DNA of 64,000 bases from Malacoraja senta (lineage: Eukaryota). Below the pieces are notes generated by a model. It was not told the DNA's origin and made no database searches. It saw nothing but the letters and a program-made list of their open reading frames with translations. The position numbers and the translations under genes were made by a program. Shown one piece after another: positions 35,890 through 49,247 of this stretch. Positions within the stretch are counted from its first letter, which is position 1; each line of letters begins with the position of its first letter. Location: positions 5,334,001 through 5,398,000 of the forward strand of contig CM075990.1 in assembly GCA_038087875.1 (NCBI GenBank). The letters run 5' to 3'.

Positions 35890-36545
35890 GTTCATAAGTC
35901 ATTAATGTTGGCTGCACAAGTAGATTGGGTGGTTAAGAAGGTGTATGGTATGCTTGGGGCATTGAATATAAGAGTCTGGAGGTCATGATGCAGCTCTGTA
36001 GGACTTTGGTTTGGCTGCATTTGGAGTATTGCATGCAGTTCTGGTCGCCCCATTGCAGGTAAGATCTGGAGACTTTCGAGAGGGCGCAGAAGAGGTTTAT
36101 CAGAATGCCGCCTGGATTAGAGGGTTTCAGCTACAAGGAGAGGTTGGATAGCCTTGGATTGTTTTCTCTGGAATGTCAGAGGTTGATGTAGAACTATGTG
36201 AGGCATAAATAAGGAAGACAGCCAGAACATTTGTTTCCCGGGGTGGAAATGTCTAACACTAGAGGTCACACCTATAAGGTGAGAGGGGGAAATTTAATGA
36301 AGATTTATGGGGCAAGTTTTATTACACGGAGAGTGGTGGGGACCTGAAATGCTCTGCCAGGGATGGTGATGGAGGCAGATACAACAGTAGCAGTTAAGAG
36401 GCTTTTGGATAGGCACATGGAAGTGCAGGGAATTGAGGGATATGGATACAGGCAGATGGGATCAGTTCAACTTGGCATCATGTTCGGGACAATAATTGTG
36501 GTCCAAAGGTCCAATTCCTATCCTGCACTGTTCTATGTTCTATGA
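34380..36545 (+). mobile_element. Older CR1 LINE fragment split by nested insertions (pieces 34380-34610 and 35889-36545)
   Basis: Reading frame RDLGVQV resumes at 35889; aagttc is duplicated at both junctions. Confidence 0.75.
34965..35856 (+). mobile_element. Young 5'-truncated CR1/HER1 LINE with an open 254-codon ORF2 C-terminus
   Basis: WQMEFNADKCEVLHLG...LYKALVRPILEYGVQFWSP...LERRRLRGDLIEVFKI...WNELP with no stops. (ggttatat)n tail; inserted in a (TTA)n tract. Confidence 0.92.
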
Positions 36546-36549
36546 TCTA

Positions 36550-37860
36550 GAATCCATTTACCCATGATTGTGTAGCCAGACATCTTTCCATCACCATCTT
36601 TAAATTTGCCAATGACACCACCATAGTTGGATGGATAATGATGAGATGGTAGTCATATGTTTTAGAGCATAGGAAGAAGATTGAAAATCTGATTAAAAGA
36701 TGCCAGAACAACAATCTTGCTCCCAATGTCAGCAAGACCAAGCAGCTGACTTTATGTGTAGGAAGGAACTGCAGATGCTGGTTTAAACCGTAGACACAAA
36801 AAGCTGGAGTAACTCAGTGGGGACGGGCAGCATCTCTGGAGAGAAGGAATGGGTGACATTTTGGGTCAAGACCCTTATTCAGACTGAGTTCCTCCAGCGT
36901 TTTGTGGAGTCTGAAGAAGGGTCACGACCCGGAACGTCATCCATTCCAGGATGCTGCCTGTCCCAATGAGTTACTCCAGCATTTTGTGTCTATCCAAGGA
37001 GTTGACTGTTGACTTTAAAAGGGGAAAGTCATGGATCCATTAACCTGACTTCATTGACGGATAGTCGGTGGAGAGAATCAACAACTTCCACTTCAAAATG
37101 CATCTCTGAAGATCTATCCTGGTCCCAGCACATAGATGTCATAAAGGAAGCCCATCAACGCTTTTGCTTCCTCAGAATATTGAGGAAATTCGGTACGTCG
37201 ATGGATACCGTCTTGAACTCCTACAGCTCCTAAGGTAAAGAGTATATTGACTAGTGGCATCACAGTCTAGCTTGGCAACTCAAACGCCCAGGAACAGCAA
37301 AAAGTGGAGGACACTACCCAGTCCATCAGTTCTGACCTCCCCACCAGCGAAGGGATCCACAGGAGTCGCTGCCTCAAAAAGGCAGCCAGCATCATCAAAG
37401 ACCCACACCACCCTGGCCACACTCTCATTTCACCTCTATCATCGGGAAGAAGGTATAGGTGGCTGAAAACTGTGACCACTGGTTTCTTCCCAACAACCAT
37501 CAGGCTCTTGAACGTGACACAACTCTAACCTCAACTACGAACTATGGACTGTTTTTGTTTGCATTAAGGGCTTTGTATTTTGTTTGCACTAATACTCAGG
37601 TTGTTATTATTTTTTTGTTTATCATATATAATATCTATGGGTAAGAAGGAACTACAGATGCTGGAAAATCGAAGGTAGACAAAAATGCTGGAGAAACTCA
37701 GCGGGTGAGGCAGCATTTTGATGCTGCCTCACCCACTGAGTTTCTCCAGCATTTTTATCTACCTAATATTATGGCTACTGTGTTCACAGGCCTGGTATGC
37801 TGCTTCCAGTCAGAATTTCATTATCCCGTTGTTAGTGAAAGTGACAATTAAAAACTCTTG
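36550..37860 (+). mobile_element. Rex1/Babar-like LINE remnant carrying two Penelope fold-back insertions (36755-36995, 37640-37765)
   Basis: KFANDTTIVG RT motif and RSRCLKKAASIIKDPHHPGH. The inserts are flanked by short direct repeats. Confidence 0.75.
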
Positions 37861-38263
37861 AAATACCATCCTGTAGCATATACTTTTTAAGCAGCATGTA
37901 AGTGAATGTTAGTTAACACATTCACTTTGCACAAACTCATGATTAATAGGAAATCATTGGTGCCATTCCATGTACTTGACAAGCCAGCACATGCAGCAGA
38001 CATTAAGTGATGAAAAATTCCGGGCAATATTTATATTGCCTCTGCACACTGAAATTCAGTCATATGTTTCTGATTAAGATCTCGAGATTGAGATGTTCCC
38101 ACTCCAGGTCTAAGTTTTCTATGATGGCTGATAACGCCAATGAGGGATGTAAGGAATGTCGTGAGGCTCGATGGGGTGGACAGTGGTGCACAGTATCCAT
38201 TGTTTATGCTGTGATTTTATCTCATCCCAAAGCATGGACTCGAGGGTCTCAGTGTGGAACTTA

Positions 38264-38458
38264 TGGGCCTGTCCCACTTAGGTGACTCTTTAGGCGCCTG
38301 CCAGGGACTAGTTTTAATGGAATTCACCTACGACACCTGGCGACAACCTACGACAACCTATGACAGCAAAAATTGTCGTCACTGTTGCCGAAAATTTTTC
38401 AACATGTTGAAAGTTTTGCAGCAGTCGCCTAAAGAATCGCCAAAGTGGGACAGGCCCA
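38264..38458. mobile_element. PIF/Harbinger-type MITE
   Basis: TIR TGGGCCTGTCCCACTT...AAGTGGGACAGGCCCA with a TTA TSD. Confidence 0.8.
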
Positions 38459-38710
38459 TTAATCTTTCTTCTGCGTTTTGAGTGGACGTGCCAGGATTTC
38501 CAGGCGTAGGTGGGGATATTGCACTTGATTAAGGGGATTTCAAAACATCCTTGAAGGGAGTCAAAGGACATGGGGTTAGTGCAGGAAAGTGGTCGTGAAG
38601 TGGAAAATCAGCTATGATCCTGATGAATGGGAGAGCAATTTCAAAGGGCCAAACTCCAGCACCTATTACTTATGTTCATATGAATACTCTGTTAACCTGT
38701 GCTAATGCAA

Positions 38711-39225
38711 GTCAGAATCAGAATCAGAATCAGTCAGATTTTATTCGCCAAGTATGTTTTGCAACATACGAGGAATTTCACTGGCCAGGTCAGTCATACA
38801 ATTAAAAGCAACAGACTCAAAAACACATTTTAACATGAACATCCACCACAGTGACTCCTACACATTCCTCACTGTAATGGAAGGCGAAATAAAGTTCAAG
38901 TCCTTCCTTGTGTTCTTCCTTGGTCGGGGGCCTCGAGCCCCGTTAACGAGATGATCTTGACTCCCGTAGCCAGTGGCGATCGGGCCCTTCGCGTCGAGGC
39001 GTTCAGCTCCCGCATCGGGGGGTTGTCAGCTCCCCGCGTCGGGCGATCGAACCTCGCGTCGGGGCTGGTCGAGCCTTCTGCGGCGTTGGAGCTCCCGACT
39101 TGCCTCTCCCGAGACTGCGAGCCCTTGATGGTAAGTCTGCAGGCCGCGGTGGGAGCGATCCCAGGCAAGGGATCCGCTCCGATGTTAAGTCCGCGCCCCG
39201 CGTTGGGGCTCACGAGACTCCGAGG
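38711..39225 (-). mobile_element. CpG-rich non-coding retroposon with a (ATTCTG)n tail
   Basis: Minus strand ends with AATAAA plus a tandem repeat; shares hairpins with 1684-2200. Confidence 0.55.
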
Positions 39226-39379
39226 CGGCATTGAGATTGGATCTGTCGTGAACTCACTGATTAGGATCATAGCTTCTGTGCCATCATGAAGCAAATGTAA
39301 GAAGGATATTCATTTCAGCAGGCAGCTATATTTGAGGCCAATTCTCTACACTCCCTGATTGTCAGAGTCAGTAGTTGTA

Positions 39380-40245
39380 GTGACGTTGAAAGGCCATGCT
39401 GCTCCCTGCATTTCTCTTGGAGTTGTTACTTAATAAAGATCATGTCCACTTTGCCTCCAAGTAGATGGAATCAGTGCGATTCAGGCAATGCGAAGAGTCC
39501 TGACCCAGAATCATCACCAGAGATGCTGCCTGACCCGCTGATACACTCCAGCACTTTGTGTCTATCTTCAGCTCATAGCCAGTGGTCGACAGAGGTTGAG
39601 GGGATGCTTGGTTGTATCTTTCGTTGTGGCAAACTCCATAGGACATCCTTTGATAGTCAGAATAGTCCGAACTTTCTCCTTTCTTGAAGATGGTCATGAT
39701 TACAGCATCAGTGAGGTTGCCAGAATTTTCTCAGAGATTTTTGGTTTCCTCCCACACTCCACTACAGATTTGTAGGTTAATTGGCTTTGTATAAAATGTA
39801 AAATTGTCTCGTGTGTGTGTGTAGTATAGTGTTAATGTGCAGGGATTGCTGGTCCGTGCAGGCTTGGTGGGCTTGGTGGGCTGAAGGGCCTGTTTCCGCG
39901 CTGTATCTCTAAACTAAACTAAGCTAAACTAAAAGTTTTCGAACTTGCTTAGTGATACCATCTGCTCCCACAAAGCCTAATTGCGGTTTGGTTCTCAAAT
40001 GGCTCCCTCTTGCCCAGACCTGTCGGCAAGGTGAGACTGTATTTGCTGTGTTTGAGGAGATCTTCGATGTATTTCTCCCAGTTGCACTGACCGCCTTTCA
40101 CTCCTTGTGCTTCACTTTAACTTCTGTTGTGGATTGTAAGTATTGGCTGCAGATGGTCCTGGTGGTGTTCAAGAATCCTTGCAAATCATGGTTATCAATG
40201 AATTGCTCGATATCCTGCGCTGTTTACTTCCACTGTTCCTTAGCT
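39380..40245 (-). mobile_element. Decayed RTE-clade LINE remnant, interrupted by SINE and Penelope pieces
   Basis: TIFKKGESSDYSDYQRMS resembles the RT-start motif TIFKKGDxxDCxNYRGISL. Confidence 0.55.
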
Positions 40246-40268
40246 TTCACTTTTGATTCCCTCTGTAG

Positions 40269-40352
40269 GACTTACAATGACTCATGTGATGAAAGCATTG
40301 GCCAAGATGAACACAAAAGATGTTGCACTTTAGATGAGATCCCATTGGTCAG
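40269..40352 (+). CDS. TMEM150A: TMEM150A upstream coding exon (copy 2): (W)TYNDSCDESIGQDEHKRCCTLDEIPLV(S)
   Basis: ctgtag acceptor, AG|gtaaga donor, 84 nt. Matches the recalled SYNESC...CCTLDDVPLIS segment. Phase 2 joins to 44107. Confidence 0.9.
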
Positions 40353-40891
40353 GTAAGATAACACCCAGTGCTATCATGAATTTTTTTTTAAACATTTAAA
40401 AAAAATTCTTTATTAACAAAATAAAAGAAAAAAAGCAAGTGTGAAACATCATACAAAAAACAAAACAAGAATATTTATAAAGTGTCATAAACAATATCTA
40501 TGAATAAATGAAATCGTATGTGTCCAAAAAAGAGCAGGAAGAAGCCTAAGTTTATTAATTCCCACCCCTTATTCAACTGCTTATAATTATCTTATACAAA
40601 TTTAGCAGCTATATGTACACCATATGTACACCAGCAGGGTTTTCCTCCAAAACCCAGCATTGTTTTTCTTTGCATTTATTCTATCAGGAATCAAAAGCGT
40701 TGCTTTTCTCGCAATAGTGCATAGGTTAAACATAGACAATAGAAATGCTAGAATAATAACATCCATTGTTCTCCTTCTGGTGAGGCATCAGAGTTTCTCC
40801 AGGTTGAGCAAAATGTTCTCTGCATTATTGACCTGAAAAGTGGCTTGGTAGTGTCAATACTGACTGGTCAGGCCAAGTTCTGAAGGTCATA

Positions 40892-41060
40892 TGTTCAAGA
40901 AGGAACTGCAGATGCTGGAAAATCGAAGGTAGACAAATATGCTGGAGAAACTCAGCGGGTGTGGCAGCATCTATGGAGCGAAGGAAATAGGCAACGTTTC
41001 GGCCCGAAACGTTGCCTATTTCCTTCGCTCCATAGATACTGCCACACCCGCTGAGTTTCT
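40892..41060. mobile_element. Penelope-derived fold-back insertion folding at the hammerhead stem II loop
   Basis: Centre caacgtttcggcccgaaacgttg; perfect TSD ttctgaaggtcata at 40878-40891 and 41057-41070. Confidence 0.88.
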
Positions 41061-41124
41061 GAAGGTCATAGGTACCAGAACACATTTGAGGCAGATGGGG
41101 AACAAATCAACACTAGAGATAAAT

Positions 41125-41525
41125 TATAAACAAGGAACTGTAGATGCTGGGTTACAAATAAAGACACAATGTGCTGGAGTAACTCAGCAAGTCAGGCAGC
41201 ATCTCTGGAGAACATGAATAGGCGATGTGTAGGAAGAAATGGCAGATGTTGATTTACACTGAAGATAGACACAAAATGCTGGAGTAACTCAGCGGGACAG
41301 GCAGCATCTCTGGATAGAAGGAATGGGTGACCCATTCACCCATTCTTTTTCTCCAGAGATGCTGCCTGTCCCGCTGAGTTACTCCAACATTTTGTGTCTA
41401 TCTTCATGGATAGGTGATGTTTCGGGTCAGTCTGACGAGAGTCCCAACTGAAAACGTCATCTATCCATGTTCTGCAGACATGCTGCCTGACCCACTGAGT
41501 TACCCAGCATTTTGCGTGTGTTTTT
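41125..41525. mobile_element. Fold-back Penelope element nested inside another fold-back element
   Basis: Outer TSD actagagataa; the inner element (about 41226-41405) is flanked by catg(a/g)atagg(c/t)gatgt. Confidence 0.8.
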
Positions 41526-41979
41526 TTACTAGAGATAAGTTAATCTGATCCCATCCTCACCAACGTGCTCAAGAATCTCCTAATCCTAGTCACGACACCA
41601 TTGACAGGAATGTCCACGACATAGTCCTTGCGGGGATAAAGTCCCATCTTCACAAGTGCACTGTGCATAAAGCTAGGTGGCAATGTCCTTGTGCTCAATG
41701 GGATCCATTAAAAAAAAAATCTTGTTGCTCAAAACTGGGTGTTGAGAATCATCGTTAGTATCAGATTTATACTCCATTACAATTTGTAACCTCAAAGCCC
41801 GGCCTATCCCTTACTCCAGACTATTCCCAATTAAGGGGATCAACCTAACTCATTGAGGAGCAGCACAAGGCATATCCAATGGAGGTGATCAGCCCGTGAA
41901 GCTGTAACACAGCAGTCCGTTCATTCTAAACAGCATGTGGCCAGACAGAGCTGGGTAATCTCAGACTTTTACTTATTTA

Positions 41980-42540
41980 TGTTTTAATTTTTTTACCCCA
42001 AAATAATTGTCATCATCTTTTTACAAAAATGATATGTACAATACAAAAATACAAACAAACCCACCATCATAATGCAAAATAAAGCAAATATTCTTCAATA
42101 CTGAATATTAAATTACTATTTCCCCATCCTTATTGAGGATACATTCCATCCCCCGCGGTGCCCAATGGCCACGGAAATCCCCCAGGGCGCCCATGGACAG
42201 CGCGTAGTCACTTTCTAGTACCACCCGGGTGCGGACTTAACCAAGGAAAAGGGGCAGGCAGCCAGCTCGGGCAGAGCCCTCTTCCACCTGGCGCTGTGAC
42301 TCGCGGATGGCCAACTTGGCCAGGCCTAGGAGCAACCCAACCAGGACATCTTCGGCCCTTCCCTCTCCCCGACGCACAGGGTGTCCAATGATGAGGATGG
42401 TGGGTGTGAAGTTCAGCCAGAAGGCAAGGCGCAGCCCCTTTAGATATTGGAACAGGGGCTGCAACCTCACACACTCCATATACATGTGGAACATAGACTC
42501 TTCCAGCCCGCAGGTGGCAGGCGGCTGGCGAGTCTGCGAA
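41980..42540 (-). mobile_element. Tx1/L1-clade LINE 3' end
   Basis: EESMFHMYMECVRLQPLF (zinc-knuckle end)...LLLGLAKLAIRES, typical of the Tx1 ORF2 C-terminus. Confidence 0.7.
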
Positions 42541-42544
42541 CCGC

Positions 42545-42760
42545 GATAATCTCAGCCTGGAGTGGCAACTGCTCTGCTATTGACCGCCTGAAGCTGCAGA
42601 GACTGGTGAACACAACCCAGTCCATCACAGGCTCGACACTTCCCTCCATCCAGTCCATCGTCACGGTGCGCTGCATCAGTGGAGTTGGAAGTCTCGTTGA
42701 GGATACCCACCACCCTGGCCATTCCATTTTCTCTCTTCCACCAACTGGAACCAGCTTCTG
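42545..42760 (+). mobile_element. Rex1/Babar-like LINE fragment
   Basis: AWSGNCSAIDRLKLQRLVNTTQSITG...HHPGHSIFSLPP. Confidence 0.7.
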
Positions 42761-42822
42761 GATAGGCTAGGTTTAGAGGGCTGTGGGCCAAGCGTGGGCA
42801 GGTGGGACTAGTGTGGATAGGG

Positions 42823-42967
42823 TGTGTAGGAAAGAACTGCAGATGCTGGTTTAAATCGAAGGTAGACACAAAATGCTGGAGTAACTCAGCGGGACAGACA
42901 GCATCTCTGGAGAGAAGGAATGGGTGACGTTTCGGGTCGAGACCCTTCTTCAGACTGTGTGATTATC
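42823..42967 (-). mobile_element. Single-arm Penelope terminal-repeat insertion with an intact hammerhead-like motif (42926-42953)
   Basis: TSD agtgtggataggg at 42810-42822 and 42968-42980, inside a CR1 3' UTR. Confidence 0.85.
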
Positions 42968-44106
42968 AGTGTGGATAGGGCATGTTGGTCGGTGTGGGCA
43001 AATTGGGCCAAAGGGCCTGTTTCCACATTGTATAACTCTTTAACTTTATGACTAGGAAGACATGGACTTTCAAATTCCTACATGTGTTTCTTACCTACTG
43101 CTGCCATGTACTCTAACTCTTAGCTCGACCTCATTCAGTTACTCTATCATTGCACTTGAATACATTTGCACTACTTCAGACTGCACTACAATCCTGCACC
43201 ATTGTGCTCTTTTGTCACTGTATTTATTGTTGTGTTTTTTGTTACTGTATTTACACAGTTGATTCTGTGAGCTTCATGTGTGCAAGGAATTTTAAAGCCT
43301 CCTGCGTGGTTGGCAATAAACGAATCTGAATCGGAATCTAGCCATAATAGCACGATTTGTGGACATTGAGACTCGTGAACTCGATCAAGAATTTGGTGAT
43401 TGATGAGACTTCATTCCTTGGAGGATGAGGGGTGATCTTACAGAGGTGTACAAGATTATGTGGGGAATAGATCAGGTAAATGCACAGACGTTTGTCCAGA
43501 GTAGGGGAATTGAGAACCAGAAGACATAGATTTAATGTGAGCGGGGAAATATTTAATAGAAACTTGAGGGGTAATTTTTTTACATAAAGAGTGGTGGGTA
43601 TACAGAAAGAGCTGCCGGAGGAGGTGATTGAGGCAGGTACTATCAAAACATTTAGGAGATATTTGGACAGTTACATGGACAGTAAAGGTTTAGAGGGATA
43701 TGAGCCAAGTTTGGGCTGGTGGGACTAATGTGGATGGAGCAGGTTGGTCGGCAGTGGCAAGTTGGGCCGATGGGCCTGTTTCCATGCTGTATGATTCTAT
43801 GACTCTATTTCATAATTGAGTGGCTTACCATAGTATGTATAGCACAGTATATGCTAGCGATTGGAAGGTCAGACATTCTGTAATACCAGATATCCCAACT
43901 GTAGTTTAAAAGACTTAACTTTCAAAATAAGTCGCACCTCCAGTCTTGCTGTAATTCTGGCATCTTGCCATTAATGCACTAAATTCCTCATGTATATTTG
44001 CCTTGACTAGTTCAGTTGAAAGTTCATGCTTTTGTTTGCATGAAGTTTGCTTTTGTTCAGACCGTTTCTGTCTCTGTCTCCCTCCCTCCCCCCTCTCTCC
44101 CTGCAG

Positions 44107-44174
44107 TAAATGTGGCACCCTTCCTCCCGAGAGCTGTCTCTTCAGCTTGATCTGCAATATTGGTTCTTTTATGG
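44107..44174 (+). CDS. TMEM150A: TMEM150A exon (copy 2 of 476-543)
   Basis: Identical to 476-543 including splice sites. Confidence 0.9.
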
Positions 44175-47100
44175 GTAAGTCGTGCATTAAAGTACGATGG
44201 AATGAAGGGTGAGTGACTGTATCATTTGCTCAACTTATTTTCCATGTGAAAACAATGTTCCTTCGTTTATTGTGTACAATATGGAACTAACAATCCAAAG
44301 TTGGTGATACCTAAAGTGACGCTGCAGTAAGTGTATCTGTCTCACAGCTCCAGACCCACTTTAATTGTGACCTTCAGTGCTGTCTGCATGAAGTTTGCAT
44401 ATTCTCCAGTTTCCTGCACTTTCCTCCCATACCCCAGAAAACAAATTGGAAAATTGTGGTGCAAGGTTTGATCAAATAGCCCTGGGTTTTTTTCTCTTAA
44501 TTTTATTTCCTAAAATCCAGGGATGAAGATTGGACTGGGATTATTCCCCTTGGGGCAAAAGTTGAGAGGAGATTTGAAAGAGGCGTACAAGACCAAAACT
44601 TGTTGAAACAGGGAAGCTGTTCCACTTGCAGGCAGTTTACAGCCAGGAGGCACAGCTTTCACTTTTGAGTTAAAGATATATGGGGCTGTCAGGAGGTTTA
44701 TTTTAAACATAGAGACATTATAATCTGAAACTTACTGCCATTGGTAATAGGGAAACAAATCAATCAGCACTTTTGAAAGGCACTTTTCAGGCACTGGGGT
44801 GAGCATGGTTACAGGGCAATGCGGAGGCCGGGTTAGGGGTTAGAATACTGATTATTACGGGTGTCGGGTTATGGGGAGAAGGCAGGAGAATGGGGTTGAG
44901 AGGGAAAGAAAGATCAGCCATGATTAAATGGCTGAGTAGACTCGATGGGCCAAATGGTCTAATTCTGCTCCTATAACATGAATTTATGAGAGACCAATGG
45001 ATTATGATTCAAGCAATTTCTCTAACAGGATCCTCCACAGACTATGAGGTTTTGTGCTGGCACAAAGCTATAACTGTGTGATTTTACAAAATTCATGAGT
45101 TAGGGAAAGCTTCTATTCACCATCCTCTGACCTCCCCCTCTCTTTGAGGTGACAGTTTGGACCACCAGTAGGTTTACAAGGAGTCTCAAGCCTTTCCATA
45201 AAAAAATCTCTGTCACAGATAGGAATTGCTAAGCAGAAGCTAATGAAAATCCTACCCCTAGAATGTAAATTGTGAGGAGACTGAGTCTAGTTGAATATAC
45301 ATAGGACATGTTTTAGAGATTAGAGATTAGAGATTCCTTTATTTGTCATTCAGACCTTTCGGTCTGAACGAAATTTCGTTGCCTGCAGTCATACATATAA
45401 TAATAAATAACAAAACACACAATAAACACAAATTAACATCCACCACAGTGAGTTCACCAGGTACCTCCTCACTGTGATGGAGGCAAAAGTCTTAAAGTCT
45501 CTGTCTCTTCCCTCCTTGTTCTCCCTCTGCGCTGAGGTGATCCAGGCTTCTGATGTTGTGACCCCACCGGGTGATGGTAAGTAAGGCAATCCCGCGGCTG
45601 AATCCGTGCTCCGTCCGCGACGGGCCGGTTCAAACTCCGCGGCCCGGGTTGGCTGAGGCTGCCGAAGCTGCCGGCCTCCAGTCCAGCGGACGCAGCTGTA
45701 GTTGCGGGAGCCCCAGAAAAACAGGTCACCCACCTGTGACCTGCGCGCTCCCGAAGATGTCGTCCACTGGGCCAGCTGCGGCCGAGCCTGCGGATTCAGG
45801 TCGCCACCAGTGTCCTCGGTCGCATGTAAGCCATGTAAGAAACATGTAACATGTAAGCCATGTAAGAAATACTTTATCATCCTGTTACCCACTCTTTCCC
45901 TACTCACCCACACGTCTCACAGATGTTTAAATCCTTTACCCTTTTTCCCATCGATAAAGAAGCCTAATGAGCTGGTACCTAACGTCACTAACCTAACCTA
46001 TCCTGTTAGAGATAGTGCCCTGGTTCCCCATTTTCATCCCTATTGAAAACTATCTTGTGCCGTGGACAGTGAAGGAGGTTGTTTGAGGTTACAACTGGAT
46101 GTAGACCAACTGGGAAATGGGGTTAAGGGAATGAGTTAAACCAGGGCCGAAGATACACAGTGTATGGCAGGGCCCTGGGGAGTGCTGCAGAACAGAATTG
46201 CTGAATAGTCTAACGGGCACATAGTTCCTGGAAAATGGCAAGATACTGTAGTTAGACGGGCTGATGAAGAGGTTTTATGAATCCAATGCCTTGATCAGCT
46301 GAGGCATTAATGAAGGGTTTGCATGTTGTGTTACAGTTGTACAAAATATTGGTGAGGCTACACTTGGACTATTGTGTGTAGTTCTGCCTGCCACACCGCT
46401 GGAAAGATTAAAGTAGAGAGGGTGCAAAAAAGATCCACGAGGATGTTGCCTGGGATGGAGGACTTGAGTTATGAGGAGGGATTGGAAAATTTGAGTCCAA
46501 TTTCCTTGCAGCAAGGAGACTGAGTGGGGAGATGATGAGTGGGGAGTGGGGAGAAGTGTGTAAAATTATGAGAGGCACAGATAGGGTAGAAGGCCAGATT
46601 CTGTTTCCCATTGTCGGGGAGGGGTGGGGGGAATGGGGCAGGGGGTTAAAAAACTAGAGTTTAAGATGAGATGGAAGGGATCGGAGGGGAACTTATTTCA
46701 CAAAGAGTTTGGTATCTGGAATGAGCTGCCAGAGATGATGGTGGCAGGAACAGTAGTAACATCTAAAAGCTTTATTCCAGTTTTTAAAACATTGCTCAGA
46801 TGCTCCAACTACACTTGTGGGAGGGGTGGGTCAAACTGACCTTTGGTCTCCTCAGGCCCTGAGATTCTCTGAGCATCATCTCTTATTCTCTGAAACTCTA
46901 GATTTGGTGATCTATGATGAAATAATTTCCCTGATGCAGCTCCATTTGCAAAATACCATAGAGATCGCAGAGGATAAGGTCAGTGTAATTGATAGGACAA
47001 GAATTAGGCCATTTGGCCCATCAAGTCTACTCAGCCATTAAATCATGGCTGATCTATCTCTTCTTCCTAACCCCATTCTCCTGCCTCCTCCCCATAATAA

Positions 47101-49119
47101 GGATATTTAGGGAACAAACATCGGAGTGCTAAGAAGATTTACGAGGACGTTGCCAGGACTTGAGGAGGTGAACTATATGGTGAGGTTGGGCAGGCTAGGA
47201 CCTTATTCCTTGGAGCATAGGAGAGTGAGGAGTGATGTTATAGAGGTATAAGGGGAAGGGATAGAGTAGATGCACAGAGTCTTTTACCCAGAGTTGGAGA
47301 GTCAAGAACCGAAGGACATAGGTTTAAGGTGAGAGGGAAAAGATTTAATAGGAATCTGAGGGGCAACGTTTTCACTCAGACGGTGGTGGGTTTATGGAAT
47401 GAGCTACCAGAGGAGGTAGTTGAGACAGATTCTATAACAACATTTCAAATACATTTGGAGAGATACATAGACAGGAAAGGTTTAGAGGGACGTGGGTCAA
47501 ACGCAGGCAGGTGGGACTAATGTAGGTGGGGCAGCTTGGTCGACAAGGGCAAGTTGGGCCAAAGGGCCCGTTTACGTGCTTTTTAACTCTGTGACGCTAT
47601 AACTTAAGAAGCAATATCCCATGCCACACAAACCCAGCTGGATTATTCCAAAGCGGTAATCACAGTTATATTATGCTGCCTAACTGCCAATGTACAATCC
47701 TTTACTGTCAATGGCACTCTGATTGTTAATGATCTCCACAGATAATCAGCCTTACGGCCATTGTTTCCACATTTGCTTCACACTGCAATTAGATGACCTG
47801 AGAGCATGTTACAAAAATGTATGTTCTTTAGGGATTGGACAGGCTAGATGCAGGAAAACTGATCCCGATGTTGGGGGAGTCCAGAACCAGGGGTCACAGT
47901 TTAAGAATAAGGGGTAGGCCATTTAGGACTGAGATGAGGAAAAACGTTTTCACCCAGAGAGTTGTGAATCTGTGGAATTCTCTGCCACAGAAGGCAGTGG
48001 AGGCCGATTCACTCGATGTTTTCAGGAGAGAGTTAAGGGTCTGTCCCACTTTCACGACCTAATTCACGACCTCTGCCGAGTTTACCCTTGACTCATACTC
48101 GCAGCATGGTCGTCACGAGGTCGTAGGAGGTTGTAGGAGGTCGTAGGTAGGTCGTAGCAGGCTGTGATGCTAGTCGTAAGTACTCGTGGCATCAAGTAGG
48201 TCAAGGCGTTTTTCTAGCATGATGAAAACTGTCCACGAGTAAAAAACGTTGTGAATTAGGTTGTGAAAGTGGGACATGCCCTTCAGATATAGCTCTTAGG
48301 GCTATCGGAATCAAGGGATATGGGGAGAAAGCAGGAATGGGGTACTGATTTTGGATGATCAACCATGATCACATTGAATGGCGGTGCTGGCTCGAAGGGC
48401 CTACTCCTGCACCAATTTTCTATGTGTCTATGTTTCTATGTTTAACCAAGTTTTTTTTAAGGCTTCCTAATATGACTCCATTAAAAAAAAAAATGTCAAC
48501 ACCCATTTTATTCAATTTTGGGTGTACAAGCAAAGAATTTCACTGTGCCTTGCCACATGTGACAATAACGTATTCCATTCCTTTCCATTCCGTTCTATGT
48601 TTTTTAACCTTACCAATTCATATATTGGCCATAGCCACTTATGGAGCAAGTACATTTGGATTCAGGACCAGAAAATGTGCCGCTATATTTTTCCCAATGA
48701 ATAGATTCTTATCAAGCAGAGCATAAAGAAATCCCCAGAAGAATATTTGGTTTGGGTAATGAATAACAATGGGCCTTTGAGAACGTAACTGTGTATATAA
48801 AGAGGTATATTTGAAAAAGGTTTCAAGGCGTATGGATTGAAAACAAAGCATGTCATAGCTGGATTTATCCAATATTGCCAAGTGATCAATGCTTTCTGAG
48901 ATTTGGGCTTTTGAGAAGTGCTTGGAAATGAAAGTTTTTTCAAAATGGACCCATATTGTGAACTGCTGGAAAGTGTCTGCGTGGTCCAAGCCTGGAGGAT
49001 GAGAGGACTGCAACAGTTCCTTGGTGGATAGCAAGAAGGTTCCTCTTTAATCTTGTCATTTGTCATTTGAAATACTGCAAACTAATGCGCCAGTGTGGCC
49101 CAATGTCCTTTTGTTTCAG

Positions 49120-49247
49120 TGATGTTGCTCGGTTTACTGCGCTACGCACAGGTGATGGAGAGACACCAGAAGTCTTTGCTGAACACTGCAGCGCTGGTCA
49201 CGTGTTGGAGTTGTGCCGCGGGCCTCATCATTGTGGGAAACTTTCAG
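49120..49247 (+). CDS. TMEM150A: TMEM150A exon (copy 2 of 5489-5616)
   Basis: Identical to 5489-5616. Confidence 0.9.
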
